DNA of 64,000 nt from Patescibacteria group bacterium (GTDB taxonomy: Bacteria; Patescibacteriota; Minisyncoccia; Phycocordibacterales; UBA918): contig JAIETH010000002.1 of assembly GCA_019745315.1 (NCBI GenBank), forward strand, positions 98,306 to 162,305. The letters run 5' to 3'. The first letter of the stretch is position 1. Each line of letters opens with the position of its first letter. This document shows positions 54,381 through 64,000 of this stretch, one piece after another. Position numbers and translations under genes: made by a program. Below the pieces are notes generated by a model. It was not told the DNA's origin. It was given only the letters and a program-made list of their open reading frames with translations, and did not search any database.

Positions 54381-56288
54381 TTAATGATGGTCTCCACCCC
54401 CGCCACCATGTCCACCACCTCCGTGATCATCTCCGTGACCGCCGCCAGCATCAGGCTTGTGATCATCTTTTGGTTTTGATTCTCCACCCCCACCTCCTTT
54501 TTCCTTAGCTTTCTTTTCGGGTGGTTTATATTCTTCGCCCTTTTTAGCACTCTTTTTTTGCTTCTCAATATCATCTTTAATTGCTTTTTCAATAGCTCCC
54601 CCTTCTTTTTTATCATGCCCCGCTACGAGTCGACTGAACCAACTTCTGTCTTTTACTATCTGTGCGTATGAAGCTTGATTGGCGGTTTCTTTCTTTGCGA
54701 TTTCAGCCCGCTTGTCTGAAGAGCTTTCTTTATAATATTCCATCTCCATCTTTGCCTTCTCTGCCGCTTCTTTGTTTTTCTCTCTATTTGCTTCTTTGAG
54801 CTTTTCCTCTGCGGCATGAAGTGCGTCTGTGTCTTTTTTGAGAGCAGCTTTTTCAGCTTCTATTTCAGGAGTATCCTTCACATTAAGTGATCGAGCATAA
54901 TCCGCTTCGTCTTGTTTTTTACCTTTCAGCCAAGATTCGTAGTTTTCTTTTGAAGCTTTGCCTACGTCAAGATCCATTCCTTTTGTAAATTTACCGACGA
55001 GCCCATTAGCGCGAGCATCAAAAGAGCTTTTCTGTACCGATGTAATTCCTCCTGCGCCTACCCGAGCAAGTCCTCGGGTTATAGCCCAACTATTTTTGTT
55101 TGCTTGAACGCTCTTCAGGCCAGCAAGTCTTTTTTGAACAGCCTCACTATTGGCTGCTCGACCGATGGTCATTCTGCCCATATATCCGGTTGCTCCAAGA
55201 CTCGCTCCTACAGCTTTTCCTGCCCACCCCATCATTTTTGTGGTTTGAGACGCTCCTGCTGTGCTCATCTGTTTTGCCATTTTTGTTGTGCCTACTATCA
55301 GCACCATTGCAACAATGTAAAACATGAGAGTAGCGAGCGCAGCACTTTTGTCTCCCGGCAAGAAAAGTCCTCGTAGATTACCACTTTGTCCGTAGGGGGT
55401 GCCTTGAAGTATTAGCAAAGAAATATAGAGACCAAAAAGGTATATAGGGGCAAGAAATGCTTGGCTTGTGAGAGTAGACCACCACTGTTTTTTGTATTTA
55501 CCAAGCATAGGAACTTCACTTGGTAGAAATGCAATTGGAGACGTGATCATAAGTATAATAAGCATTGCAAATCGAGTGATGAGAAGAAAGGCCCCAAGTC
55601 CAAATGCTATTGCAAGAAGAAACATGAGGATACTACCTCCTACGGTGTATACAACTGCGTATGCGATACCTCCGCCATTTGGCTGCATAAATTGACTGAG
55701 CGCAGCTCTCTGCCCCGCACTATCTCCGCCTGCTTGAATAGACATGATGCCCATGCGAGCCATAAAAGCATCACTTATACCTCGCCCTTCTGCGCGACTC
55801 GCTGCATCAGATACCATTTTTTTATATACCGAGTCAGCAACAATATTAGAGACATCAATAATTGCTTTGGTAAAGAAGAGGCTAAAGTTTACGAGGAGCG
55901 CTGCGACAATAACTGAGGCGAGTCCTTTTTTAAGCCCCCCCATGCTGCCATGTACAATGGTCATAATACCTATGTATATAAGAGAGAAAACAAAAGTAAG
56001 GTTAACGATATCTCTAAACACAGACCATAATTGATCGATAGAAGATCCAAAGCCTTGCGTGCGAACCATTCCACCCATACCGATCACAAGTTGTGTTACG
56101 GCAAGGTTAAGGAGCCACCCCATAACACCCAAGAACCAGCCAAAAAGACTCAAGATTCCTACAAGAAGCCACATCACAACATCACCGACTGCGTCAGTGA
56201 TTCCCCAGAATGCAGAAGCTTCGTGGGGAATACCAAAAAGTCCAATGAGTACAAGTGCTGCTGTGCTGTAAAAAGTAACGCGTTTCAT
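54381..56288 (-). CDS. VirB6/TrbL-like polytopic membrane protein with a long Lys/Glu-rich and terminal Gly/His-rich cytoplasmic tail
   Basis: 635 aa; at least 7 transmembrane segments in the first 350 aa; tail ...GGGGGESKPKDDHKPDAGGGHGDDHGGGGHGGGGGDHH. Confidence 0.45.
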   Translation of the reverse strand: MKRVTFYSTAALVLIGLFGIPHEASAFWGITDAVGDVVMWLLVGILSLFGWFLGVMGWLLNLAVTQLVIGMGGMVRTQGFGSSIDQLWSVFRDIVNLTFVFSLIYIGIMTIVHGSMGGLKKGLASVIVAALLVNFSLFFTKAIIDVSNIVADSVYKKMVSDAASRAEGRGISDAFMARMGIMSIQAGGDSAGQRAALSQFMQPNGGGIAYAVVYTVGGSILMFLLAIAFGLGAFLLITRFAMLIILMITSPIAFLPSEVPMLGKYKKQWWSTLTSQAFLAPIYLFGLYISLLILQGTPYGQSGNLRGLFLPGDKSAALATLMFYIVAMVLIVGTTKMAKQMSTAGASQTTKMMGWAGKAVGASLGATGYMGRMTIGRAANSEAVQKRLAGLKSVQANKNSWAITRGLARVGAGGITSVQKSSFDARANGLVGKFTKGMDLDVGKASKENYESWLKGKKQDEADYARSLNVKDTPEIEAEKAALKKDTDALHAAEEKLKEANREKNKEAAEKAKMEMEYYKESSSDKRAEIAKKETANQASYAQIVKDRSWFSRLVAGHDKKEGGAIEKAIKDDIEKQKKSAKKGEEYKPPEKKAKEKGGGGGESKPKDDHKPDAGGGHGDDHGGGGHGGGGGDHH

Positions 56289-56294
56289 GTGTCT

Positions 56295-57872
56295 TTAGTC
56301 GCCACCTCCTCCACCATCATTATTGCCACGTGATCTTCGTGGGCACGGTTGAATCTCTGACGCCAATGCTTCAATGGTGGGTATTTTTTGATCCACCTCA
56401 AATTTGATGCCTGAATTTGTAATTGAAGTGTGTAGTGTTCCGGAAGACAGTATGGTTCCAAATTTCGTATACGACGAAAGCTTTTCTTCTTCAGATCCTT
56501 CATCTACCTTCTTTTGAAGCACCACAAGTTCCTCTACCGTTTTTTCTGATGCGACAATAGCAGAAAGAGCGATATCTTTTTCATCTTGGGCTTTTTTAAT
56601 CACCATATCATTTATGGTACACACTATAACTTCTTCTCCTTCAAGAATATCTTCTTCTGATGCAGCCGCTTCATCTTTTGCTTTTGTGATAATTGCGTCA
56701 GCAGCATTAACAATGCGTCGCTGTATTGCTTGGTATGTTTTTTCATCACTTATTGCAACAGCTATGGATCCTGCACCTGAGTAACCAACTGTGCCGCCGC
56801 TGCTGTACCCAGGATTACAGCCTTCAGTATTGATCTGTTCTATGTAGGTAAGTGAGTTACACAAATCGCTATTGCCCGCGCTTCCATCAAATCGCGAGGA
56901 GCTGTAGGTGTTGCTACTCCCCGTCAAAAGTCCTCGCGCCGCGGTAAGTCCTTGTTTAAGTGCTTGTCCAAGCAATGCTCCTATGATTTCGTTAATTTCG
57001 TCAGCCTCCAGAAGGGCTCGTTCTGTACCTTGGACAGTAAAGGAGAGTGACTGTGCGATAGTATCTCCCGGGGTTACGGTACGACATTTTTTAGGAGTTG
57101 CTTCGATCGGTGCGCCACTTTGTGTAGGTCCTTGTTGTGCGCCGCCAGTACATACTTCCCTACTTAAGAAGCCTCTTCCCCAATTTGCTTGGGTTTGGGC
57201 TCTTCCTTGGCTGCTAGAAATACTCGCTTGAAGTTGGATCGAACCAAAGACCCCCGACCCCATGGTTGAATTGATTGGACTTGTATTGATATCAAGCCAT
57301 GCTGGCCAGCCTCCAGCCATAAAGTTTCCTTGGATAAAGCGATCAACGTTTCCGACTGCGCCGCTCAATGTACACTGGACAGGTTTTCTGTTTCGTGAAT
57401 TTTGATATGCAAGATTGAGGCTAATACGAAGGTTGATAGGGCTACAAAGAAAGGCAAGATCGCTTCCATAAAGCACCTCTCCTGCTGCTTCGTCTGCAAT
57501 ATTGAGCATAAACGCCTGTGGATCCGTCATAAACATCGGACTTCCCTGGAATCCGCTATTGATCCAGCTTACTGTGCTTCGCGCCATCTCGGTTGCCACT
57601 CTTTTGGCAAGGAAGAATGCGACGCCATCAAGTGTCCACTCTTTTAAGTTCATTGCACTGAGCATTGAGGCGTTTATGCTTGTGCCGGCTGCGGTAATTG
57701 TATCTTGAAGCCATGACCCCCAGCTTTGAGGTGTGGCGTCAGCGACAACCTCTACAGGTATGGCGTGTGTTGTTTGAGGATTAATCGTTAATACTGAAGA
57801 GGCGAAAAGTATTGCCAAAAAGAAAGAGGCGAAAGTCTTGTTCTTTAAAAATAGAATATTTGAAAATTTCAT
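56295..57872 (-). CDS. Large secreted hypothetical protein of the T4SS-like cluster
   Basis: 525 aa with a signal peptide; 4-nt overlap with the upstream gene. Confidence 0.45.
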   Translation of the reverse strand: MKFSNILFLKNKTFASFFLAILFASSVLTINPQTTHAIPVEVVADATPQSWGSWLQDTITAAGTSINASMLSAMNLKEWTLDGVAFFLAKRVATEMARSTVSWINSGFQGSPMFMTDPQAFMLNIADEAAGEVLYGSDLAFLCSPINLRISLNLAYQNSRNRKPVQCTLSGAVGNVDRFIQGNFMAGGWPAWLDINTSPINSTMGSGVFGSIQLQASISSSQGRAQTQANWGRGFLSREVCTGGAQQGPTQSGAPIEATPKKCRTVTPGDTIAQSLSFTVQGTERALLEADEINEIIGALLGQALKQGLTAARGLLTGSSNTYSSSRFDGSAGNSDLCNSLTYIEQINTEGCNPGYSSGGTVGYSGAGSIAVAISDEKTYQAIQRRIVNAADAIITKAKDEAAASEEDILEGEEVIVCTINDMVIKKAQDEKDIALSAIVASEKTVEELVVLQKKVDEGSEEEKLSSYTKFGTILSSGTLHTSITNSGIKFEVDQKIPTIEALASEIQPCPRRSRGNNDGGGGGD

Positions 57873-58771
57873 ATATTCTCTAGGGAATTTTTTAAGGCAA
57901 TCAAGAAATACCCGGGCTCCAAAAGATCATAGGTAATTCCTTGAGAAGTAAGGTTGTTTGTAACTCCAATAAAAGCTTGTCCGAGCATCTCTGCCTCAGG
58001 AAGGTATTGCTGAAATCTCATGAGCGCAGGTAGTGGATCTGTTGGCATGTTACGCATTGCAAGTATGGTTGCATAGATAACCTGAAGTTGATTCAACAGG
58101 GCTAGATGTTCTTGGACAATGCTTTTGGGTACAACTACAGCGCGCACATCTTTGATAGTTCCTTCGTATGTTGCAATGATCGGATCTAGATCCTTTAGTT
58201 CTTCGTCATTTTCTGATTCAACTGCACGTTTAAATATTAGAAGCTCTCCTTCGTTTTTTAGTGGATGGTTAATAAATGCTGTGGCGAGACTATTGCCGTA
58301 GGCTCGTAGGGTCTCAGCATCTATTGCATTTGTCACAACAATATCTCTCTCAGTAAGGAGTCTGTCATTAACTACCATGTTCATGTCAACTAGGGAGCGT
58401 TCAAGCATTTTCTGCTTCTCTTCATCGGTCATTGATGTTTCTCCGGTCTTTTGGAGAAATTCACCAAAAAAGCGTTGTGCAAAGCGACTTGTGACAGTAT
58501 CAGGTACGGAAACAGGCTCAGCAGCTTTCTTTTTTGTTTCTGGAGAAGTATCTTTTACGAGAGGATTGGTGCCCTGGAGCTCCTCTTCCCAATCGAGTAC
58601 GCCATCGCCATCGGTATCTTTTACTCGTTGATAGTCGCGTGTTTCAGTTGAAGTGATCACTACCGCAGCGTTTTCCGTGCTGTCGCTCACTTGAGGACGT
58701 AAAAAGAGCGCGGTACCCATAAGTCCCACTGCGAGAAATGCAGCCCCTCCAATTTTCTTGTTCACACGCAT
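57869..58771 (-). CDS. Membrane-anchored hypothetical protein, first gene of the T4SS-like cluster (possible VirB8-like topology)
   Basis: 300 aa, a single N-terminal transmembrane segment, periplasmic domain. Confidence 0.4.
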   Translation of the reverse strand: MRVNKKIGGAAFLAVGLMGTALFLRPQVSDSTENAAVVITSTETRDYQRVKDTDGDGVLDWEEELQGTNPLVKDTSPETKKKAAEPVSVPDTVTSRFAQRFFGEFLQKTGETSMTDEEKQKMLERSLVDMNMVVNDRLLTERDIVVTNAIDAETLRAYGNSLATAFINHPLKNEGELLIFKRAVESENDEELKDLDPIIATYEGTIKDVRAVVVPKSIVQEHLALLNQLQVIYATILAMRNMPTDPLPALMRFQQYLPEAEMLGQAFIGVTNNLTSQGITYDLLEPGYFLIALKNSLENI

Positions 58772-58824
58772 GTTCCTGACACCTCTAGTATAGCAGGTGC
58801 ATACTTCTTTCTTCCTGGATCTTA

Positions 58825-59619
58825 TTACAAATTGGGTATTTCTTTCGCGAGTTCAACCCATTTTTCTATCGGTAAATCCTCTCCGCGAGCATCAGGTGGT
58901 ATTTTGAGGTTGGTAAAGATTGACACAAGGTTTTCTCGAGAGGTGAGCACAGAGAGATTGCCCAGCAAATGCTTTCGTTTAGCTTTGAGACCCGTCTTTA
59001 TCACAGTAAAAAAGTGATCTTCTGCAACTCCTCCCAATCTTTGTTTAGATATATTACTTATTTGCAGTATTGCAGAGTCTACTCCTGGTATCGGAGAGAA
59101 GTTTCCGCGGGAAACGGTATCGATATAGCGAGGTATGCCATAGATCTTGATCGAAAGAGATAGTATTGACTCCTTTTTGCTCCGCGCAATACGCTCTGCA
59201 ACCTCTTTCTGAACCAAAAAAACGATAGTCTCAGGCTGGTGGTTCTGTTCAAGCATGGCTGCAAAGAGCATTCCTGAGAGATAGTACGGGATATTGGCTG
59301 CCACTTTGTATTTTTCTGGCAAAGTAAGTGTTTGCAGGTCGAGCGTGCGCATATCTCCATGGACAAGCGTAAGAAGTCCGCTCCGTATCTCCTCTCTGAA
59401 AGTTTCTTCGAGGGTTTCAATTGCGCGAATATCGGCCTCAACAGCAATAACTCGTGCTCCTTCATGTATAAGAGCTCGTGTGAGCATCCCTGTTCCTGGC
59501 CCAATCTCAAAAACGGTATCACCCGGCGTTATGAGTGCAGATTGTGCTATTTTCTCTGCAATTTTGGGGTTAGTAAGGAAATTTTGCCCAAGAGATTTTT
59601 TGGCGAGGAATGGGTACAT
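58825..59619 (-). CDS. rsmA: 16S rRNA (adenine1518/1519-N6)-dimethyltransferase
   Basis: LGQNFL, FEIGPGTGMLT SAM motif, NIPY. Confidence 0.9.
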   Translation of the reverse strand: MYPFLAKKSLGQNFLTNPKIAEKIAQSALITPGDTVFEIGPGTGMLTRALIHEGARVIAVEADIRAIETLEETFREEIRSGLLTLVHGDMRTLDLQTLTLPEKYKVAANIPYYLSGMLFAAMLEQNHQPETIVFLVQKEVAERIARSKKESILSLSIKIYGIPRYIDTVSRGNFSPIPGVDSAILQISNISKQRLGGVAEDHFFTVIKTGLKAKRKHLLGNLSVLTSRENLVSIFTNLKIPPDARGEDLPIEKWVELAKEIPNL

Positions 59620-59760
59620 GGGTTTTAGTATAGCTCGCGCACTGTTTCGGTGAAAGAGTCTTTAGGGAGCCATCAGCGAAGTGGTATTGATATTTAAAAA
59701 CCAGACCTACCCCAACCTTTTTAAATATCAATACCACTTCGCTCCTTTCAAGAGAATTAT

Positions 59761-61698
59761 TTAGTCCAAGTATACAGTACGTTCATAACCAGACTCCTTA
59801 GGATTTGCTGAAACAATATGCGCCTCACTTATGTCTGAAATAAATGATGAAGGAGCATTAATGCGTTGACTGCCGTAGACGGTGCGGATTCCTGCAAATG
59901 AGAGAAATACTTTCTTTTCGGCTCGAGTGAGCGCCACATAGAAGAGACGGCGTTCTTCTTCGTCGTCTGTCTTTTCGTCTCCCATGCGCTCGTGTGGAAA
60001 CAGTCCTTCTTCGAGGCCAGCAATGAATACGTATGGGAATTCGAGTCCTTTTGCGGCGTGTACGGTCATGAGCTTCACCCCCTCTTTGTTCTGGTCTTTC
60101 TCATCAAGTGCGTCCTGATCGCTTTGGAGTGCTGCATCTTCAAGTAACTTCTCTGCACCAGTAAGTTCTGTGTACTCGTCGTAGCGTGTTGCGAGAGATA
60201 CGAGCTCTCCAATGTTTTCAAGTCGTTCAAGTTCCGCCTCCCCTCCTGTTTTGAGCTCACCTTCAAGTCCACTTGCGCGAATTATGTATTTGAGCGCTGT
60301 GGAGAGCGGTTTTGTACTGAGTTCCGCTCGTATTGTATCCATCATTTCATAAAATGCACTTACTTGTGCGCGTGTTTTGCCTGAAATAGTATCAGTCTTT
60401 CCTTCAAGAAGCTTAAGAACTGTCACTTTACCAATGCCGCGCGCAGGAACGTTAATGATCCGAGCAAGATCATTCGTGCTCTGGGGATTGAGTGCGAGGC
60501 GTACATAGGAAAGCACATCTTTTACCTCTCGTCGCTCAAAGAAACGAGTTCCCAACATCTGATACTGAACGTTATATTCAAGAAAAGCATCTTCTAATAC
60601 GCGTGATTGAAAATTTGCTCTATACAAAACGGCAATTCCTGAGGGATCTGCTCCATCGCGAATCAAGTCTCGTGCTGTTCGCGCTATGTAAGAAGCCTCT
60701 TCCGTTTCGTTGAATGCAGCATAGAGAGAAAGTGGCTCACCTTCAGCATTTTTTGTGAATACTGTTTTTGGTATGCGTTCCTTATTTTTTTCTATAACGT
60801 CATTAGATGCTGCAATGATTGTTTGTGTTGAGCGATAGTTTTCTTCGAGGAGAACCACTTCTGCGCCCTTGAAATGTCGTTCAAACTGAAGAATATTGTG
60901 CATATCTGCTCCACGCCACGAGTAGATATTTTGATCCACGTCCCCTACCGCGCAGAGATGCGCAGCTTCTCCTGCGAGGAGGCGCATAATCTCGTACTGA
61001 ACTTTATTCGTGTCCTGATACTCATCGACATGGATGTATCGAAAGCGTTCTTGGTAGTGTATTCGTACATGCTCATGGTTTCGGAGCATGGTAAGGGTTC
61101 GAAGGAGGAGGTCGTCAAAATCCAATGCTTCATTTTCTCGCAGTATGGTTTCATATCGCGCCCATACATCTTTTACCACACGCTCAATATAGGATGATGC
61201 TTTTTCTCCATAGTCCTGCGCTGTCTGGGCATCCCCTTTTGCTTTCGATATATGGCTCAAGATTTTCCGAGGTTCAAATTGCTTTGTACCATACCCAAGA
61301 GCTTCAAGCCCTTGTTTGACTGCGGTAAGAGAGTCCGCTCTATCATAGATGGTGAAGTGCTTCTTAAGGCCAAGTACTTGGTGTTGTTCCCGTAGCAACA
61401 TGACTCCGAGAGAGTGAAATGTTGATACTGTCGGGCTTGTATCAGGGAGAATGCGACCGAGCGCCGGGTTTGTTTTAATGAGCTTTATAACTCGTTCGCG
61501 CATCTCACGCGCTGCTTTGTTAGTAAATGTTACAGCGAGAATGTTATGAGGTAGCACTCCTTTATCTATAAGATGGAGGATTCTGTAGGTAATCACGCGT
61601 GTTTTACCCGATCCAGCGCCCGCAAGTACCAACAGAGGGCCTTCTGTTTTCGTTACTGCACTTTGCTGTGCCTGATTAAGCTCTTTGAGATACTCCAT
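59761..61698 (-). CDS. pcrA: ATP-dependent DNA helicase PcrA/UvrD (superfamily 1A)
   Basis: AGAGSGKTRV Walker A, helicase motifs II (VDEYQDTN), IV and VI (VALTRA). Confidence 0.9.
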   Translation of the reverse strand: MEYLKELNQAQQSAVTKTEGPLLVLAGAGSGKTRVITYRILHLIDKGVLPHNILAVTFTNKAAREMRERVIKLIKTNPALGRILPDTSPTVSTFHSLGVMLLREQHQVLGLKKHFTIYDRADSLTAVKQGLEALGYGTKQFEPRKILSHISKAKGDAQTAQDYGEKASSYIERVVKDVWARYETILRENEALDFDDLLLRTLTMLRNHEHVRIHYQERFRYIHVDEYQDTNKVQYEIMRLLAGEAAHLCAVGDVDQNIYSWRGADMHNILQFERHFKGAEVVLLEENYRSTQTIIAASNDVIEKNKERIPKTVFTKNAEGEPLSLYAAFNETEEASYIARTARDLIRDGADPSGIAVLYRANFQSRVLEDAFLEYNVQYQMLGTRFFERREVKDVLSYVRLALNPQSTNDLARIINVPARGIGKVTVLKLLEGKTDTISGKTRAQVSAFYEMMDTIRAELSTKPLSTALKYIIRASGLEGELKTGGEAELERLENIGELVSLATRYDEYTELTGAEKLLEDAALQSDQDALDEKDQNKEGVKLMTVHAAKGLEFPYVFIAGLEEGLFPHERMGDEKTDDEEERRLFYVALTRAEKKVFLSFAGIRTVYGSQRINAPSSFISDISEAHIVSANPKESGYERTVYLD

Positions 61699-62008
61699 GG
61701 TTTCAAACTATAGCACGCGCATTCCGACTACAGGTGTGTATAGGCCTTTTTAAAAAACGCTCTTTTTTATTACATCTTTTAAAATAAGAAACAAAAGTAA
61801 TATCAAGTCAATAGCTTAAAAGTGACTGTATATAAGGGTGAAATACGCATTTTTTCTGTCTGTGGAAAACGTTGATGTATTCCATTGACGCACCTTTTGG
61901 GCGGGATATAGTAATGCTTGTCCACACGTTGTGGGCGTTCATCTGGGGTGATGAATAGAGCTGAGGCTCTATTTTCTTTCCTCCCCTTTCCCGAAAATAC
62001 AGTCACGG

Positions 62009-63082
62009 TTGTATGGCGGCGCGTCCGTAATAACACGACTTATTCAACCCTACTTTAAAAATCTAATGCTGCGCGCAAGGGCGATGGCTGAAGTGACATA
62101 TACGTACAAACGAACGTCTCTCACGCGATCTTTTATCGTTTCAGCGTTGCTCCTCCTGTCTCCTCTCTTTGTGCATGCGGGTGTTTTTGATGCGCTCCTT
62201 GGTTTTGTTGCAGAGGCAGACTCTGCTCCTGTTGAGACTGCTGATAATCCTCAAACGATCTCTCTTTTGCATGGAGGTATGGGAACCGACGGTGCTCTAG
62301 GAGGGGGAGATATTCTGGTAAGTGAAGACGGTACCCTTGTGCCTGGTGGTCCAGGAGGTGGCGAGGTCGGAGATTACTCAGGAGAAATTAGTGAATATGT
62401 GGTGCGTGAAGCTGACTCGCTGTCTCAAATTGCCGATATGTTCGGCGTTTCCGTGAACACTATTCTGTGGGCAAATGAAATTAAGGATTCAAATACTATA
62501 CAGCCAGGTGATACCTTGATTATCCTCCCTGTCTCAGGTGTTCGCCATGTGGTGAAGGCGGGTGATACGCTCAAAGCGATTGCGGCTAAGTACCAGGGAG
62601 ATATTGATGATATTGTTGCGTATAACTTACTTACAGATACAACGAACCTTGTTCCTGGAACCACGATTGTCGTTCCGGGGGGAGAAGTTAAGTCTGAGAC
62701 TCCAAAGAAGGCTGCAGGAAAAGCAGCCGGTGGTGGCGGAAAATACTTTATACACCCACTTCCAGGATCAGTTCGTACACAAGGTATTCACGGGTATAAC
62801 GGTGTTGACCTCGGTGCTTCTGCTGGAACTCCAATACGTGCTGCTGCTGACGGAACCGTTATCCTCTCTCGATCAGGAGGATGGAATGGAGGCTATGGAA
62901 ACTATGTTGTGATTAAGCATGGAAATGGTACCCAGACACTCTATGCGCATAACAGTAGTAATGCTGTTGCTACAGGAGAAACTGTTACCCAGGGTCAAGT
63001 TATTGGCTATGTAGGTTCGACGGGCCGCTCAACAGGTATGCATCTACACTTTGAAGTTCGAGGAGCAACCAATCCTTTTTAG
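62009..63082 (+). CDS. Secreted peptidoglycan hydrolase with two LysM domains and a C-terminal M23 metallopeptidase domain
   Basis: LysM (YVVREADSLSQIADMFGV, HVVKAGDTLKAIAAKYQG); M23 HxxxD/HxH (GIHGYNGVDL ... GRSTGMHLHFEV). Confidence 0.85.
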   Translation: MYGGASVITRLIQPYFKNLMLRARAMAEVTYTYKRTSLTRSFIVSALLLLSPLFVHAGVFDALLGFVAEADSAPVETADNPQTISLLHGGMGTDGALGGGDILVSEDGTLVPGGPGGGEVGDYSGEISEYVVREADSLSQIADMFGVSVNTILWANEIKDSNTIQPGDTLIILPVSGVRHVVKAGDTLKAIAAKYQGDIDDIVAYNLLTDTTNLVPGTTIVVPGGEVKSETPKKAAGKAAGGGGKYFIHPLPGSVRTQGIHGYNGVDLGASAGTPIRAAADGTVILSRSGGWNGGYGNYVVIKHGNGTQTLYAHNSSNAVATGETVTQGQVIGYVGSTGRSTGMHLHFEVRGATNPF

Positions 63083-63103
63083 TCAGTCTCCATGGAAGAA
63101 TTA

Positions 63104-63136
63104 TAAAAAAACCTCTAGATATCTAGAGGTTTTTTT
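63104..63136. terminator. Bidirectional terminator between the M23 peptidase gene and the convergent pilin gene
   Basis: aaaaaaacctctagat-atctagaggttttttt. Confidence 0.85.
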
Positions 63137-63161
63137 ATAAACATACTTTTGTTGGTATGGC

Positions 63162-63659
63162 TTACGGGCATCGCGCGACGCCACCACTTATAAGTGGTGC
63201 CCCCGTTGAACCAAAGTTGATAGACACTTCCTTTGCAGCGCCTCCCGCATCCACGCACCAGCCAGTATTTGATCCTGTTGGACTATGCAGAGGAAGTGCA
63301 AGAGCCCATGAGTCAGCATATACCGCACAAAAAGTGCGACCACTTGGTATGGTGCTTTGAATACTATTCATCATCACTCCAATGCCATCACTCAAAGCGT
63401 CATCAAATACTGTATTTAGGAGCAAATTACATTCACCAATGGTGTCTTGATGACTCGCGCTTCCAGTATTTGTATACGAACCACGGTTGGCAAAAAAGAG
63501 CGCGGCTTGTTTGCGTGCCTGCTCCATTTGAGACTTAATTGCAGCATCACGAGACTTAGTTCGTGCCGTACTGAGGCTTGTAAGTACGATGCTTGCAAGG
63601 AGGCCTATGATCGCAATCACTACAAGAAGTTCAATAAGAGTAAAGCCGGACTTTTTCAT
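63162..63659 (-). CDS. Type IV prepilin (N-terminal cleavage/methylation domain); a PilA-like major pilin candidate
   Basis: [26 protein letters not shown] is the class III signal sequence with G-1/F+1/E+5; Cys pair near the C-terminus. Confidence 0.85.
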   Translation of the reverse strand: MKKSGFTLIELLVVIAIIGLLASIVLTSLSTARTKSRDAAIKSQMEQARKQAALFFANRGSYTNTGSASHQDTIGECNLLLNTVFDDALSDGIGVMMNSIQSTIPSGRTFCAVYADSWALALPLHSPTGSNTGWCVDAGGAAKEVSINFGSTGAPLISGGVARCP

Positions 63660-63704
63660 ATACGAAAATTTAAAATCACGTATATCAATACTATCACGAT
63701 AGTT

Positions 63705-64000
63705 CTATAGGCGTGTTCGGTACTGAAGGGCCTCAAGTATATGAGAAATTTCAATTGTATCTGAGCTAGCAAGGTCAGCGATGGTGCGCGCTACTTTAAT
63801 GGTGCGGTGATATCCTCGTGGAGAGAGTTTTAATTTTGTTGCAGATTCAGCAAGAATCTGAGCCACTTCTGCCCTAAGTGGAATATGATTTTCTATATCC
63901 CGTGCACTCATTGTCGCATTTGTTTTTATTTCAGATTGAAATCGCTCGCATTGCCGTGCACGTGCTTTGAGTATCGCGCTTCGCGCATGTGCGGTTTCTT
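63705..64000 (-). CDS. YifB/ComM-family Mg-chelatase-like AAA+ protein, C-terminal end only (partial; the N-terminus lies beyond the window)
   Basis: ...LSPRGYHRTIKVARTIADLASSDTIEISHILEALQYRTRL is the conserved ComM/YifB C-terminus. The reading frame stays open to base 64000. Confidence 0.65.
   Translation of the reverse strand, partial: ETAHARSAILKARARQCERFQSEIKTNATMSARDIENHIPLRAEVAQILAESATKLKLSPRGYHRTIKVARTIADLASSDTIEISHILEALQYRTRL

Noticed and set aside
1-64000. CRISPR arrays, rRNA genes, transposases or integrases
   Set aside because: None found. The only sizeable exact repeat is the 369-bp pilin core duplication. The tRNA-associated repeats are 20-46 bp and lack an adjacent integrase ORF.

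Overview
Overall picture. The window is a compact, low-GC (roughly 40-45% by eye) bacterial chromosome segment that includes the replication origin. The origin has the classic layout: rpmH-rnpA-yidC on the + strand facing dnaA-dnaN on the - strand, with DnaA-box-like 9-mers in the flanking intergenic regions. Gene density is high, coding is on both strands, and most genes are housekeeping. These include a ribonucleotide reductase large subunit (partial), mscL, rplS, a pseudouridine synthase, uppS, ruvX, rpsT, ruvA/ruvB/yebC/ruvC, a holA-like gene, polA, tsaE, a Mur ligase, PBP1A, ksgA, pcrA and an M23/LysM peptidase. There are seven tRNA genes: His-GTG, Leu-GAG, Val-TAC, Arg-TCT, Ser-TGA, Arg-GCG and Lys-TTT. 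No CRISPR array or rRNA is present. The short intergenic regions, many hypothetical secreted or membrane proteins and two separate filament/secretion systems fit a small-genome, surface-attached lifestyle. Something like a CPR/Patescibacteria member is plausible, but that is inference only.

Accessory content.
1. A type IV pilus module: pilM-pilN-pilO plus a PilP-like gene, a separate pilB ATPase gene, and a prepilin gene near the window end.
2. A tightly packed minus-strand cluster of about 12 kb (46730-58771) that looks like a minimal type IV secretion (T4SS-like) system. It contains a VirB4/TrbE ATPase split by one in-frame TAA into an N-terminal and a C-terminal ORF, a PrgI/VirB3-like small membrane protein, a VirB6/TrbL-like polytopic membrane protein, several secreted or membrane hypotheticals, and two VirB2/TrbC-like pilin paralogs. 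The two pilin genes share a 369-bp stretch that is 100% identical and diverge in Cys-rich C-terminal tails. No relaxase or VirD4 coupling protein is visible in the window.
3. A patch of likely accessory genes at 23-29 kb: rhodanese, a DsbA-like CxxC protein with a CxxC membrane partner, an SDR, a 2OG-oxygenase-like protein and an MBL hydrolase. The patch includes a sharply high-GC (more than 60%) one-gene island encoding a lipoprotein.
4. A photolyase-related protein with its usual small TIGR03643-like neighbour and a flavin reductase.

Recurring RNA-level oddities.
- At least four tRNA loci (His, Arg-TCT, Ser, and more weakly Val) have, about 140-180 bp downstream, a direct partial copy of the tRNA 3' end. 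Between the gene and that copy sit an intrinsic terminator and an inverted T-arm fragment.
- tRNA-Lys is preceded by two tandem units of about 89 bp. Each is a degenerate 5' half of the tRNA carrying a long hairpin insertion.
- The ORF track's ORF over 14989-15354 is really a tRNA-Arg(GCG) followed by a terminator.
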